A DNA stretch of 64,000 bases from Bdellovibrio sp. (GCA_036676395.1 JAKFCY010000002.1:1760001-1824000); one strand, 5' to 3'. Counted from the first letter of the stretch, positions 29,947-39,747 are shown. The notes: generated by a model from the sequence alone, not told the origin. Program-made: numbers and translations.

Positions 29947-30761
29947 TAGTTAAATTTTTTCAAATTAATTTTTTTAGTTTTAGAACGATTGTCATCGTCA
30001 TCTTTTAATAATATTTTTTCGACTAATTTTTCCTGGCCGTTAACTACAATGAAAAGTGAAACTTCATTCGCTGATTCATCACCGCGGCTATTATACAAAG
30101 AAATATCAAAACTGTATTCACCGTCTTTAGGCGCTGTTGTTTTAAACATTTCAACACCTGGTCCACGATCTGAATCATTTACGAATTCATCAGGATCGGT
30201 ATCAGATAATTTGCGGTTTTTGAAATTAAGTTCTTGGCCTAATGGTGTTGTCACTTTTAAATCGACGTCATGACTTCTATTAGCCCATTTCACAAACACG
30301 ATCACACTTGTTGCATCAGCTGGTATTGCTTTCGTAGAAGCTACACCACGTGCAGCTTCTTGCATTTTGTTTTGAGCTGTTTTTGAAAATTGTGCAATTT
30401 TAACAATGGCTAAATCTTTTGTGCTTAATTCATCTTTAGCTTGTGATAATTGTGAACGTAATTTATTTACATCTGAATTTAATGACGCGATAATTTTTTT
30501 CAGTTCTTCAGTATCTGCATTAGCCACCATTTTATCCATGGCTGAACTTTGTTCAACTGCAGATGACTGAAAACCTTTTTCAGACATTTTTTTAAGTTCT
30601 TTTTCAACAGCATCAGCAACACTTTTATTCTTTAGCGCAAAAGAATATAACATTACGAATAGACCAAACAATAAAGTCATCATATCCGCATAACTGACTA
30701 GCCACTTTTCATCAACGTGGGGAACCCCGTGAGAATCGCTATGACGTTTTTTACGACGCAC
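29946..30761 (-). CDS. MotB-like stator subunit with coiled coil and YfaP/DUF2135-like C-terminal domain
   Basis: WLVSYADMMTLLFGLFVMLY with the conserved Asp; C-terminal W...DVDLKVTTP.G, D...GPGVE, GEY...ISLY; no OmpA-type GHTD/NWELS..RA. Likely GTG start at 30761 after GAGGTG. Confidence 0.8.
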   Translation of the reverse strand: MRRKKRHSDSHGVPHVDEKWLVSYADMMTLLFGLFVMLYSFALKNKSVADAVEKELKKMSEKGFQSSAVEQSSAMDKMVANADTEELKKIIASLNSDVNKLRSQLSQAKDELSTKDLAIVKIAQFSKTAQNKMQEAARGVASTKAIPADATSVIVFVKWANRSHDVDLKVTTPLGQELNFKNRKLSDTDPDEFVNDSDRGPGVEMFKTTAPKDGEYSFDISLYNSRGDESANEVSLFIVVNGQEKLVEKILLKDDDDNRSKTKKINLKKFN

Positions 30762-31614
30762 TCGCCACCTCATCTTTTGGTGGTTCCTCCACCGGAATTG
30801 CTGGCTGTTCATAGCTGGCAATAAATTTACCTAATGATTTTCTAACGGCCATTTGTTCATTGATATCTAAACCAAAAGTAATGACCTCAGTTAAGCTTTC
30901 AAATGACACGCCTTCTTTTTCTTTTACGATCGCTTCAGCGATAACTTCACGGATATGATTATCATCTTCAGCTAATTGAAACGCATAATCGGCCAAGGGT
31001 AAGAACACGAAATTGGCTAAACCGATTCCCCAGAAAGTGGCTGTTAAGGCCACCGCCATGGCTTTACCCATCGCCTCTGGGCCGCCCGATCCTAAATTAG
31101 TCATCATCTGAATCATACCCGTTGAAGCTCCGAGAAGACCTAAAGCTGGTGGATATTTAGAAATATTAAGTAAAACTTTTGCGTACGCTTGGTAGCGGAT
31201 TTTAAAATTTTGTACGCGCATGGCCATAGCTTCATAAACTTCATCCGGCTTCATGTGTGGTTCACGCAATAATAGTAATCCGTCTAATACGAACATGTGG
31301 TTGTATTTACGTTTTTTCGCATCAAAAAATGGGGATTTATTCTGATACAACGATGTTAATAACTCATAAACCACTTCGATATCGTATGAACTCTTTTTTA
31401 AGAAGAATCCGTAGATTAAGAAGTCGATAAGTTCTGAAACCATCTTAAACGAGTACGATAAAAGCGTAATCGCGATGGTTCCGCCGAACACTAAGGCTAA
31501 GGCATGCGTATTCGCAAAAATCGATAGATCCGCAAATCCACTGAAAACCCCGACATACATCACAAAGCCGAGAGCAATAAGTCCAAACCATATTGATCTA
31601 ATTTTCATAACCAT
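30751..31614 (-). CDS. MotA/PomA-family stator subunit (atypical)
   Basis: ALALVFGGT, PPALGLLGASTGMIQMM, GKAMAVALTATFWGIGLANFVFLPLA. Confidence 0.88.
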   Translation of the reverse strand: MVMKIRSIWFGLIALGFVMYVGVFSGFADLSIFANTHALALVFGGTIAITLLSYSFKMVSELIDFLIYGFFLKKSSYDIEVVYELLTSLYQNKSPFFDAKKRKYNHMFVLDGLLLLREPHMKPDEVYEAMAMRVQNFKIRYQAYAKVLLNISKYPPALGLLGASTGMIQMMTNLGSGGPEAMGKAMAVALTATFWGIGLANFVFLPLADYAFQLAEDDNHIREVIAEAIVKEKEGVSFESLTEVITFGLDINEQMAVRKSLGKFIASYEQPAIPVEEPPKDEVASAS

Positions 31615-31620
31615 TCCCCT

Positions 31621-33339
31621 TTAATTAGCCACACTAATAATTTCGCGCGTGCGATGTGTTAAACGAACCACATCCCCATTCATATTCAGCAAACGAATTT
31701 GCTGAAACGCGCTTTGATTGTTTAAGTTCGTAAATTTAAATTCTGAAGTAAAATTGAAATACTGAGAGGCACTTTCAGCCAATTCTTTAGTAACAACGAT
31801 GTTTTGTTCAAGCACCGTATGTAAGTGTGCCGCTTTTTGCACTTCTGAAAAAGGTTTACCAAAATATAACATTTCACCTGTTTGTGGGCTCATGTGAATA
31901 ACAGCACTACCTTTAGCCGCACACAGCATAAATGATTTAAACACGCCACTATCATTCATCTTATGTTTTAGAAAACTTTCAATATCTAAGAGTGAGTTCA
32001 ATCCGCGCAGATTGATTTGCATATTTTCATCAAACAACCCCCACGCCAAAGTCATTGAACCGTTTAACTGTGAAATCACAACGCCATTTGTTTTTGCGAT
32101 AATTTCTTCTAAGTTTTTACGAATAAGGTCGTACTCTTTGACCACATCAGAACCCAGAGCAGATTCATCAACTAATAATTCTAATTGCACGGCTAAAACT
32201 TCAGATTCACTTAAATCAAGATTTACAGCTTTAAAGTTCAATTTATCAGCTAAATTTACCCGGCCAAATTTTTGAATAACATTTCCCAGCTCAGAACTAC
32301 GTTCAACAGTCTCAAATGTACTGCATACATGTTGTGATAATAGATCGAATTCATCTTTTAAGGTGCTGTCAGTGATTGCCGGTTTTATTTCACGGCGCTG
32401 AGCATAATCTTCAAGCTGTTGCATCAAGTGTTTTACTTTTTGAGAAGTAAATAAACCCATGAATGCGAGCAGCACCACCATAGCTGAAAATAGTACGCCC
32501 ACAGCTTTAGAGAAATTAGATTTAATTAAGTAAACCGACTGCCATAAATAACCTTCAGAAGCTTCGCTTAGAACGTAGAAGCCGCCAGCACTACGAATAA
32601 CTGTGGCGTAAAAATTTTCGGTCGTAAGTTTATCAAAATACTTATTTTGCAAAACGGCCTTATTACTTTTATTTAACTCGACCAGCACTGGATGCTCGTT
32701 GATATCACCTAAAAATTCATTACCGCTTTGGGCGATCATGCCACCAACTGATTCAAACATAAACTGGTTATAGCCTGTTAAGGGTGTAAACAGAGCCTGA
32801 AAACGCTGTAAATCTGCATAAACTACGACAACAGAATTATGATCTGCTAAGCGGCTAACCACAGCTAAAAGCTGGGTTTTTTTATCATTTGCTGTCAACT
32901 TTTGAATAAAGTATTTATTAAACTGTAAACGCGAAAAATCTAAAGGATTAGCCCCTACTGTTTCTTTGATAAAATCACTAGATAAACCGCGGTTTGCGGT
33001 AAAATCTGTATTGGTAAAATTTGCCGAAACTTTATATTTGCCGTCTTTAAAAGTAAATAGATCTACAGCCACAAGGTCAGCATCCAAACCTTCTGAACCA
33101 AAACTTTCTCTTTTAACAGAAAGTTTTTTGACTATTTCTAATGAAGCCAATTGGTAATATTTAATTTTAGCTTCGATCTCATTAACTTTTGTAGCCGTTG
33201 TTGTATGTAACTGCGTCAGTGCTTGAGTCACAATGTAATCTTTTAAAATATCCTCGGTGCGTGACCAAGCGATTTTTGTAAAAACACCCACAATAAGAGC
33301 TAGGCCGATTAAGTATTTAAACATAAGCTTCATGGTCAT
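31621..33339 (-). CDS. TM-Cache-TM-HAMP receptor with degenerate class III nucleotide cyclase domain
   Basis: Two TMs flank a ~250-aa loop; HAMP-like KDEFDLL; EIIAKTNGVVISQLNGSMTLAWG matches the cyclase G.IDKFIGDA.MA.WG pattern without the Asp residues. Confidence 0.6.
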   Translation of the reverse strand: MTMKLMFKYLIGLALIVGVFTKIAWSRTEDILKDYIVTQALTQLHTTTATKVNEIEAKIKYYQLASLEIVKKLSVKRESFGSEGLDADLVAVDLFTFKDGKYKVSANFTNTDFTANRGLSSDFIKETVGANPLDFSRLQFNKYFIQKLTANDKKTQLLAVVSRLADHNSVVVVYADLQRFQALFTPLTGYNQFMFESVGGMIAQSGNEFLGDINEHPVLVELNKSNKAVLQNKYFDKLTTENFYATVIRSAGGFYVLSEASEGYLWQSVYLIKSNFSKAVGVLFSAMVVLLAFMGLFTSQKVKHLMQQLEDYAQRREIKPAITDSTLKDEFDLLSQHVCSTFETVERSSELGNVIQKFGRVNLADKLNFKAVNLDLSESEVLAVQLELLVDESALGSDVVKEYDLIRKNLEEIIAKTNGVVISQLNGSMTLAWGLFDENMQINLRGLNSLLDIESFLKHKMNDSGVFKSFMLCAAKGSAVIHMSPQTGEMLYFGKPFSEVQKAAHLHTVLEQNIVVTKELAESASQYFNFTSEFKFTNLNNQSAFQQIRLLNMNGDVVRLTHRTREIISVAN

Positions 33340-35030
33340 AAAGCCTCCATAACATAGCCCACATTAATGTAGTGCCCTGAGTGTGAAACGGTATTTACGC
33401 TGGAGCTGTTTGAGCCTTTAAATTCATGCTCGCTATTTTTAAAAAGATAGCCAATTTCAAAACGATCATTACTGCCTGCACGGTTAAATAAAGCATTAAT
33501 TGAATAATCAATGCTTTCGCCTTTTTCTAAGGTTTGATCCTGAGACTTAGTCAGTTGATAAACTGGTTTTAAATAGCCCACGCGAAAATCGACCGCATAC
33601 TGGTCTAAATAATTATATTGCAAGCTTGCATTCAAAAAAACATTCAATAAATGCTGCGAATAGATATTTAACTGTGTCGCCGAAAGCGGATCAGTTGTTG
33701 CCTGAATAAGGCGATCTAACCCAAGGCCCCCATTTAATTTAATAATCTGTGGGTATGAATTATAGTATGAGTACTCTTGGCCAAAACGAAAGTCATAGAT
33801 CAATTCACCCTTATTCGGTAAATTAAAATAACCCAGATTTAATTTGTAATATTGATTTAAGCTATCGATAATGCCCGGATCATTTTTCGTATAAGAAAAA
33901 TTTAAAACCTGGCCACTGATATCTACGATCGAAGACTGTGACGGAAAATCTGATTTATAATCAATGCTTGAAGAAATTAAATTAAAATTGTGGTAATACT
34001 GGCGACTTTTGGCCTTTATAGTGTCACGGTAAAACTTGTTTTCTGCTACCAGCGTGCGATCACCTGCTTTAATCGAAAAATCAACACAAGCATCCGTCGA
34101 ATAAAGTTTGGCTTTAATATGGGATTTTACGCAAAAAGTGTATTCTCCACCCGCCCAAGATGACGGAACTCTAAAAGTTGTTGCATAAAAAGACGGAGCG
34201 CTAAATTTTTGCATTTCTAATGGATCAACGTTTTTTTGATACACGACAATAGCATATCTTTTAACATCCATCACTTTGTGCCAGCTGATTTCACGAACAA
34301 ACGTATTTGCCGGAGTAATTACGCGCGGACTAAATTTATCCTGTTCATAAACTTCTAGCGGCATAAGATTGGCCGCGATAATTTTATTTTGCGCATTGCG
34401 AGCCACAACTTTTAACATATAAGAACCAGACTCTAAGCCTTTAATTTCAGTTTCAGCGGTTTTAAGATCTGTTAAAACCTGCTCTGGTGCTTCACTGAAT
34501 ATTTTGCTTTTTTTGAAATCGCGTGTAGAGCTTAGTGGGTTTATCTCAAAACGTTCAGTCTGATAAACAGAAAGCACATAAGAAGCTGCATCACTGATCG
34601 GAGTCCATTGTAAGAAGGCTTTATTCTGGTTTTGTAAATCTTTGCTAATACCAGCCACATGGCCATCAAGATTTACTAAAGTGATTTTATAATCTTCAAT
34701 TACGAATGAACTAAATTCGCTCCAGTTAGACTCTGTCTCATCAGCAAAAGAAATTTTAAAACGAAAACGATAACGCCCTTTAGCAAGATATTCTTGCCAT
34801 TGAGGCGTAGCCTGTTCAAAACTCATTACAGCCCCACGAGCTGGATGGATTTCGACGATATATTTTTTGGCGTTAGGTTCAGCCTTAAAATTTAAAGCCA
34901 CCTTACGCTTCATCTCAACATCAACTCTTTCAGTCATATACTTAGAATTCGCCAGCGCCGGCAGCGATACAAATAGTCCTAAAATCAAAATAAATGTTTT
35001 TGCACTAATTTTTGATTTCAACATTTTCAA
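33336..35030 (-). CDS. Exported FN3/Ig-repeat protein with probable C-terminal beta-barrel
   Basis: Signal peptide; FN3-type segments GRYRFR...SNWSE, LQWTPI..A.SY.L and GLESGSY..KV.A; C-terminal strands ending GHYINVGY. Confidence 0.62.
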   Translation of the reverse strand: MKMLKSKISAKTFILILGLFVSLPALANSKYMTERVDVEMKRKVALNFKAEPNAKKYIVEIHPARGAVMSFEQATPQWQEYLAKGRYRFRFKISFADETESNWSEFSSFVIEDYKITLVNLDGHVAGISKDLQNQNKAFLQWTPISDAASYVLSVYQTERFEINPLSSTRDFKKSKIFSEAPEQVLTDLKTAETEIKGLESGSYMLKVVARNAQNKIIAANLMPLEVYEQDKFSPRVITPANTFVREISWHKVMDVKRYAIVVYQKNVDPLEMQKFSAPSFYATTFRVPSSWAGGEYTFCVKSHIKAKLYSTDACVDFSIKAGDRTLVAENKFYRDTIKAKSRQYYHNFNLISSSIDYKSDFPSQSSIVDISGQVLNFSYTKNDPGIIDSLNQYYKLNLGYFNLPNKGELIYDFRFGQEYSYYNSYPQIIKLNGGLGLDRLIQATTDPLSATQLNIYSQHLLNVFLNASLQYNYLDQYAVDFRVGYLKPVYQLTKSQDQTLEKGESIDYSINALFNRAGSNDRFEIGYLFKNSEHEFKGSNSSSVNTVSHSGHYINVGYVMEAL

Positions 35031-36801
35031 CCTGCGGCGTGATAATTCCCTCTTTAGTGACGTTGTAATCCGTCGGAGGAATCAGTTTAACAGAGACACC
35101 TTGTTCAATTTGCGCATTCTGACTTGCGGGCAAACGGCCTTTTGAAGAACTATTAGGCTGTAGATTTTGACTTTCAAAGTAATTAGTCAATTTTCTGTCT
35201 TCTACATGAAACTTCACCTGATAGTAATCAGTTGCCAGACCTTTTAGATTTAATTTATCACCTTTATTAAGAATACCTTTTTTAACAACTTTGTTATCTG
35301 TCGCAAGCACTTCAAAGTGATAATCATACAATGATGAAATTGATTTCGGATCAACATTTAAACTGTATTCGCGATCTGTGATAATTTCTTTCTTTTTAGT
35401 TTTTTCATGTTTTGCAAAAGTTAACAGTTGTTTAGGTGAACGTTTCGAAAGTTTAATTTCGTACTCTAAAGTTTTGCCTAAAATCTGCATTTTATTATTA
35501 AACGGCTCAATTTTTACTTTAACCGGCGTTGCCGTATCAATTTTTACATTTAGCTCTTCGCTATCAACGAAAATACTTTCTTTGACTTGTGAAAGTTCGC
35601 CTGATTTAGCTTCTTGTAAATAGATTAAAGTGACTTTGTATTTGCTGACTGGCCATCTCGAATTTTTCTGCCATTGTAAATGCAGTACCGGATCACGGTA
35701 ATAAAACTGTTCAACTTCCGTTGTTTCGTGCCAAGAAACAACATCAGAATCACTTTGGGCAATCGGGGCAAAATAAAATGCACGCGACTCACTATATATA
35801 GAATGATCTTCATTAAGCACGCGCCAGTAATAGAAACCAAATTCAGACGGCTTATAGGCCAGCTGATTCCTGTTGCCAGCAAACATCTCAGCGATCATTT
35901 GATTGTTTTTAAAAATTTGTACTTTAACTTTATCTACATTAGCCGCTTTTGACCATTTTAAGATAAAGTCGTCAGGGTTAATCACATTATTAATAACTTC
36001 TTTGTGCTCTGGATAAATTAAGTTAATTTTAGATTGAAATTCGTTTTTCCAAAAATTAATGGCGCCAGCTTCTAGAACTGCTTCATTTTCTTTAACAACG
36101 GCTTGCCAGAAAAATTGCGTCATTGTCCAGTCTTCTGAAAAGCCACCCGCTTCAAACGGGTAAGTTTTAACAAGTTGTAAATTGTTTTTTTCAGCACCTG
36201 CCCAAAATTCAACCCAGCGATTTTTTACTGTATCATCTGCTAACCATTTAACTTCAAGCTTAGAACCTTGCTCTTTCGCATTCAGAGCAACCCCATTTAA
36301 TTTAAAAATTGAATTTTGATCTGGTGACATCGGACCTTGCATCGCCATTTCACCAAATTGACCTGAGTCATTTTGTTCAAATAGATTTACAGCTGCTGCT
36401 GCCTTTGTTGTTAATGCGACAACAGAGCCTTTGCTGACGTAAAATTCGACTTTATCTGAATTCTTTTTAACGATCACATCGCTATAGGGTAAAATTCTAA
36501 ACTTATGTTTGCCGATCTCTAACACTGTCGATACTTCAAGTGTTTTGATGCTGTCATTAGCCAGAACGATTTGTCCATGCATGGCTAATGTGCCAGATAA
36601 TGATTGCGCTTTTTTAATAAGTACTGGTTCACCATCAGTGATCAAATAACCTACGACTTCTAACGCATGGTTTGTGGCTTGTTTACTTAGGTAAAAATTA
36701 GATAATTGAAAAGCGGCACCGCATACTGATGCAGTGGCCATAAAAATATATAAAAAGCTTTTCACGTTTTTGTAGAAGAACACAAAGGCTTCATCGGACA
36801 A
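35005..36801 (-). CDS. Membrane-anchored FecR-like plus FN3/Ig-repeat protein
   Basis: N-terminal TM; V...DSIKT...S.V...I.P.S.V...GSV pattern resembling FecR; LIYP...F.LKW and GFYYWRV repeats. Confidence 0.6.
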   Translation of the reverse strand: MSDEAFVFFYKNVKSFLYIFMATASVCGAAFQLSNFYLSKQATNHALEVVGYLITDGEPVLIKKAQSLSGTLAMHGQIVLANDSIKTLEVSTVLEIGKHKFRILPYSDVIVKKNSDKVEFYVSKGSVVALTTKAAAAVNLFEQNDSGQFGEMAMQGPMSPDQNSIFKLNGVALNAKEQGSKLEVKWLADDTVKNRWVEFWAGAEKNNLQLVKTYPFEAGGFSEDWTMTQFFWQAVVKENEAVLEAGAINFWKNEFQSKINLIYPEHKEVINNVINPDDFILKWSKAANVDKVKVQIFKNNQMIAEMFAGNRNQLAYKPSEFGFYYWRVLNEDHSIYSESRAFYFAPIAQSDSDVVSWHETTEVEQFYYRDPVLHLQWQKNSRWPVSKYKVTLIYLQEAKSGELSQVKESIFVDSEELNVKIDTATPVKVKIEPFNNKMQILGKTLEYEIKLSKRSPKQLLTFAKHEKTKKKEIITDREYSLNVDPKSISSLYDYHFEVLATDNKVVKKGILNKGDKLNLKGLATDYYQVKFHVEDRKLTNYFESQNLQPNSSSKGRLPASQNAQIEQGVSVKLIPPTDYNVTKEGIITPQVENVEIKN

Positions 36802-36913
36802 ACCTGTGTTATTTTATAGGGTTACACTCTTAATTTCAGCCTAAGGTATTGTTTAGTTTTGTTAAATGTTTGCAAGAATTATACTCGCGTAACCAAGTTG
36901 CTGGTCTATCGGC

Positions 36914-37477
36914 TTACGACCTAAGACTGCAATACTCGTCTCGATCAGTATTCAGACCATTAGCTGCTGATCGCAACCAAATATCCACGGTCTGCCCTCG
37001 TAAAAACGCAGAGTTGATATTTGTCGTTAATATCAGGCGCAAGTAATATCGGTCTCTGTAGACGTGAATTGTTGCTGTGCCTAATTCAGGAAAAGTAATA
37101 ACTCGGGTCTCGCGATCAAATGAATATCGCGCGCCAAATTGCTCTTCAAAATTCAATGTATGAAAAGTATATTCTCGGTAATTCGCTGTGTATGTGCCAT
37201 CGCGATTTAAATAAATATAAAACTGACCAGTTAAAATATCACTTTCACTCTGCGTTTGTGGCACATCCCACAAGATCGCCCCGCCGCCAACTAATACACG
37301 AAACGTTAAACTTCCGTCGTTGCAAGACCCTATGGTCTGATAGAACAGCTCGTCTGGAATTCCAGCAAATCTTTCTGCAACCCAACTACCACCAAAAACT
37401 TTTTCACCGTCGCACGCAGTAAGAAAAAGCCCACAGAGACCTGTAAAAATAGCCGTAAACAAATTTTTCATTGCCAT
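36914..37477 (-). CDS. Hypothetical lipoprotein
   Basis: Lipobox LTAC; 187 aa. Confidence 0.7.
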   Translation of the reverse strand: MAMKNLFTAIFTGLCGLFLTACDGEKVFGGSWVAERFAGIPDELFYQTIGSCNDGSLTFRVLVGGGAILWDVPQTQSESDILTGQFYIYLNRDGTYTANYREYTFHTLNFEEQFGARYSFDRETRVITFPELGTATIHVYRDRYYLRLILTTNINSAFLRGQTVDIWLRSAANGLNTDRDEYCSLRS

Positions 37478-37483
37478 AATACG

Positions 37484-38359
37484 TTACAAGTAGTTTTTAA
37501 TAACCGCAACTACCCACTCAGAAATTTCTTTAGGTGTAAATCCCAAAGAATGAGCACGATCGGTATTCATAAACCAGTCTTTTTCCAAACCGTAAGGGGA
37601 TTTTTCATCGGGTGTTAAAGCCTGCGAATGAATGCTAGCTTTTTTACCGACAGTTTTTTCAATCAAACTCACCAGATCTTTTAAGCGCATTGGATTTTTT
37701 GAAGCCATATTTATCGGCCCAGTAAAATCAATATTTCCAAGCAAAAACAAACCATCGGCTGCATCTTGCGCGTGCACAAAAGACATGCGCGCTTCAAGAT
37801 TTGGAAAATACACAGGTTCACCGTTTTTAATTTTATCGACGTAAAATTTTAAACGTTCGGTATAATCATCTGGCCCCATCACAATCGGAAAACGCACGGC
37901 TACAACAGCCATGGCATTTTGCGAAAAAAACACGGCTTCGCACTGGCGTTTTGCTTCGCCGTAATCTTGTTCGCGAGTTAAAATTTTGTCATAGGTATGT
38001 GTCTTGGGATCGAACACAGTTTCAGATAAGTTTGCACCAGACTGATAAACCGATTGAGTTGAGGTAAAAATATATTTTTTAGCTATGCCAGAAAAAATAT
38101 CGCAGGCAGCTTGCGCTTGATAAGCATCAAAACACACTTGATCATACACGATATCCCAATTTTTATGTTGCACGCTTGGTTTTAGTTTTTCGATGTCATC
38201 TCGGTCGCAAACAATGCGCGACACCCGCTCACCGAAGCCATCCTCTCAGTGGCCGCGGTTTACCACGGTCACTTGATCGCCATTCGCAAGTAATTTTTCA
38301 ACCAGACGTTTTCCAAAAAAACGATTGCCACCAATAACTAAAATTTGACGTGATTTCAT
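37484..38359 (-). pseudogene. NAD-dependent epimerase/dehydratase with in-frame nonsense codon
   Basis: ATG at 38359 gives MKSRQILVIGGNRFFGKRLV...VNRGH, then TGA at 38246-38248, then the same frame continues EDGFGERVSRIVCDR...YGEAK. Confidence 0.85.
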
Positions 38360-38401
38360 AGAAAATCATTATGGCAAATAAAGTTAGCAGCGGCAAACAA
38401 G

Positions 38402-38911
38402 TTAGCGCGATCGGCGCTGAAGCCGGCTCGGATGCGGACGACTATGCGAAGCCGAATATCTTTCTTGCGAATGATCGTAGTCGTGCTCGGGACGACGTAG
38501 TGGGTATCCGCTATCGCGGGCAAACTTGCGATCGTAATCGCGTACAAATTCACGGTCATGGCTAGCTCGGCGATCACCTGTGCTGCGCATTCCAAGATCG
38601 CGATCTTCATGGTACGATGGTTGTCGCATAGACCCACGGCGGTCATCAGAATAATTCGCCGCTAATCCACGACCACCCATTCCTGATCTGCGGCCTTCGC
38701 TGTATCCGACTTCATCATCAGCAAAATCAGAATAGTCTGGGCCTGAATTACGCTGCTCACCCAATTCATAACCACGGCCCATTCCGCCGCGCCCGCCTGA
38801 ACGGCCATGTCCATCACGTTCGTAGTCGGCATCTTCAATGTCATCATAGTTACGATATCTGTCGTAGTCGGCATTTCTGCGATCTTGTTGCTGTTGTTGT
38901 GTGTAACGCAT
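38402..38911 (-). CDS. Low-complexity Arg/Asp/Gly/Tyr-rich hypothetical protein
   Basis: AAGGAG before ATG; highly charged and likely disordered. Confidence 0.6.
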   Translation of the reverse strand: MRYTQQQQQDRRNADYDRYRNYDDIEDADYERDGHGRSGGRGGMGRGYELGEQRNSGPDYSDFADDEVGYSEGRRSGMGGRGLAANYSDDRRGSMRQPSYHEDRDLGMRSTGDRRASHDREFVRDYDRKFARDSGYPLRRPEHDYDHSQERYSASHSRPHPSRLQRRSR

Positions 38912-39153
38912 AAAATCTCCTTATAAAGTTACGAGTTATGTTTTAACCGTTCGACCTGACATGGCCGCGCTTATTTTCACGCTGCGCCTCATTGAATTCC
39001 ATTATGTGGTTCTTCGCACCGAGTAACCGTTTTGCTGCGTCAAAAAAAGCTTCATTTTTCACAGAGATATAAGCAGCAAGAAGTAGGCCTTACTGAAATA
39101 AAATTTTCATAACAGCTCAGAAAAGGAATATCAATTGCACACTGAAGTTCAGT

Positions 39154-39300
39154 ATGGCTAAAACGCAGTTAGTTGCTGATCAAGATTATTTACCCGAGGT
39201 ATTACGCCTGATCGACAAAGCTAAAACTCACATAGATATAGTGTCGTATTTATTTACGATTGGCAGTTCTTCGAACATGAAAAATAGAGGTTTTAATTGA
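39154..39300 (+). pseudogene. N-terminal fragment of a phospholipase D/nuclease-family protein
   Basis: MAKTQLVADQDYLPEVLRLIDKAKTHIDIVSYLF then a stop after 48 aa; no HKD motif follows. Confidence 0.5.
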
Positions 39301-39734
39301 AAAAATTTTTTCTTGCCGGCGAAAATGGCTTTTTAGCGACAATTCCCATGAGTATTGTCATGTTGACCTTTTTAAATAGAACCCCACCAAAACAAATAAC
39401 TAAAGAAACTTTACAGAGCGCCGACATTTACCCAAGTCGTCGCTCTTTAAAGCTCGCAAGTTTAATTGCTCATTTTAGCTTTGGCACTGTAGCTGCTCTT
39501 CCCTATGTTTTTGTAAATACTAAAAAGTCTAATAACGTTTTTATCAAAGGAAGCCTGTATGGATTAGTGGTTTGGGGCACAAATTATCTTTTGGCCTTAC
39601 CCGCTTTTAATTCTTCAGCTGGTGCGCCAAAGATGTCAGTGAAAAAAAACTTAACAATGATAGCTTCGCATATTGTTTGGGGAGTCGCTTTAGCGACCCT
39701 TTCACAATACGCTGATAAAAATAGAAGTCGTTAA
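39297..39734 (+). CDS. DUF1440-like membrane protein
   Basis: ATIPMS, PP, AHFSFG, G..YGLVVW..NY...LP and SHIVWG motifs. Confidence 0.7.
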   Translation: MKKFFLAGENGFLATIPMSIVMLTFLNRTPPKQITKETLQSADIYPSRRSLKLASLIAHFSFGTVAALPYVFVNTKKSNNVFIKGSLYGLVVWGTNYLLALPAFNSSAGAPKMSVKKNLTMIASHIVWGVALATLSQYADKNRSR

Positions 39735-39747
39735 TAAGACCAGTGGG

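Noticed and set aside
29940..29975. Programmed frameshift fusing MotB to the LysM protein
   Set aside because: The LysM frame has a TAA two codons before its ATG, downstream of the A-rich runs.
29946..31614. Zorya (ZorAB) defence system or ordinary flagellar motAB
   Set aside because: The A subunit has no long cytoplasmic tail, B has no OmpA domain, and no ZorC/D/E or flagellar genes are nearby.
38246..38248. Selenocysteine or recoded TGA in the epimerase
   Set aside because: The position is a non-catalytic loop, TGA terminates other genes here, and neighbouring genes are also decayed; a point mutation or sequencing error is simpler.
38985..39100. Possible remnant of a second RAYT (IPL/VVLRTE/LLRQK fragments)
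   Set aside because: Needs several frameshifts and has no HUH motif; cannot be supported without BLASTX.
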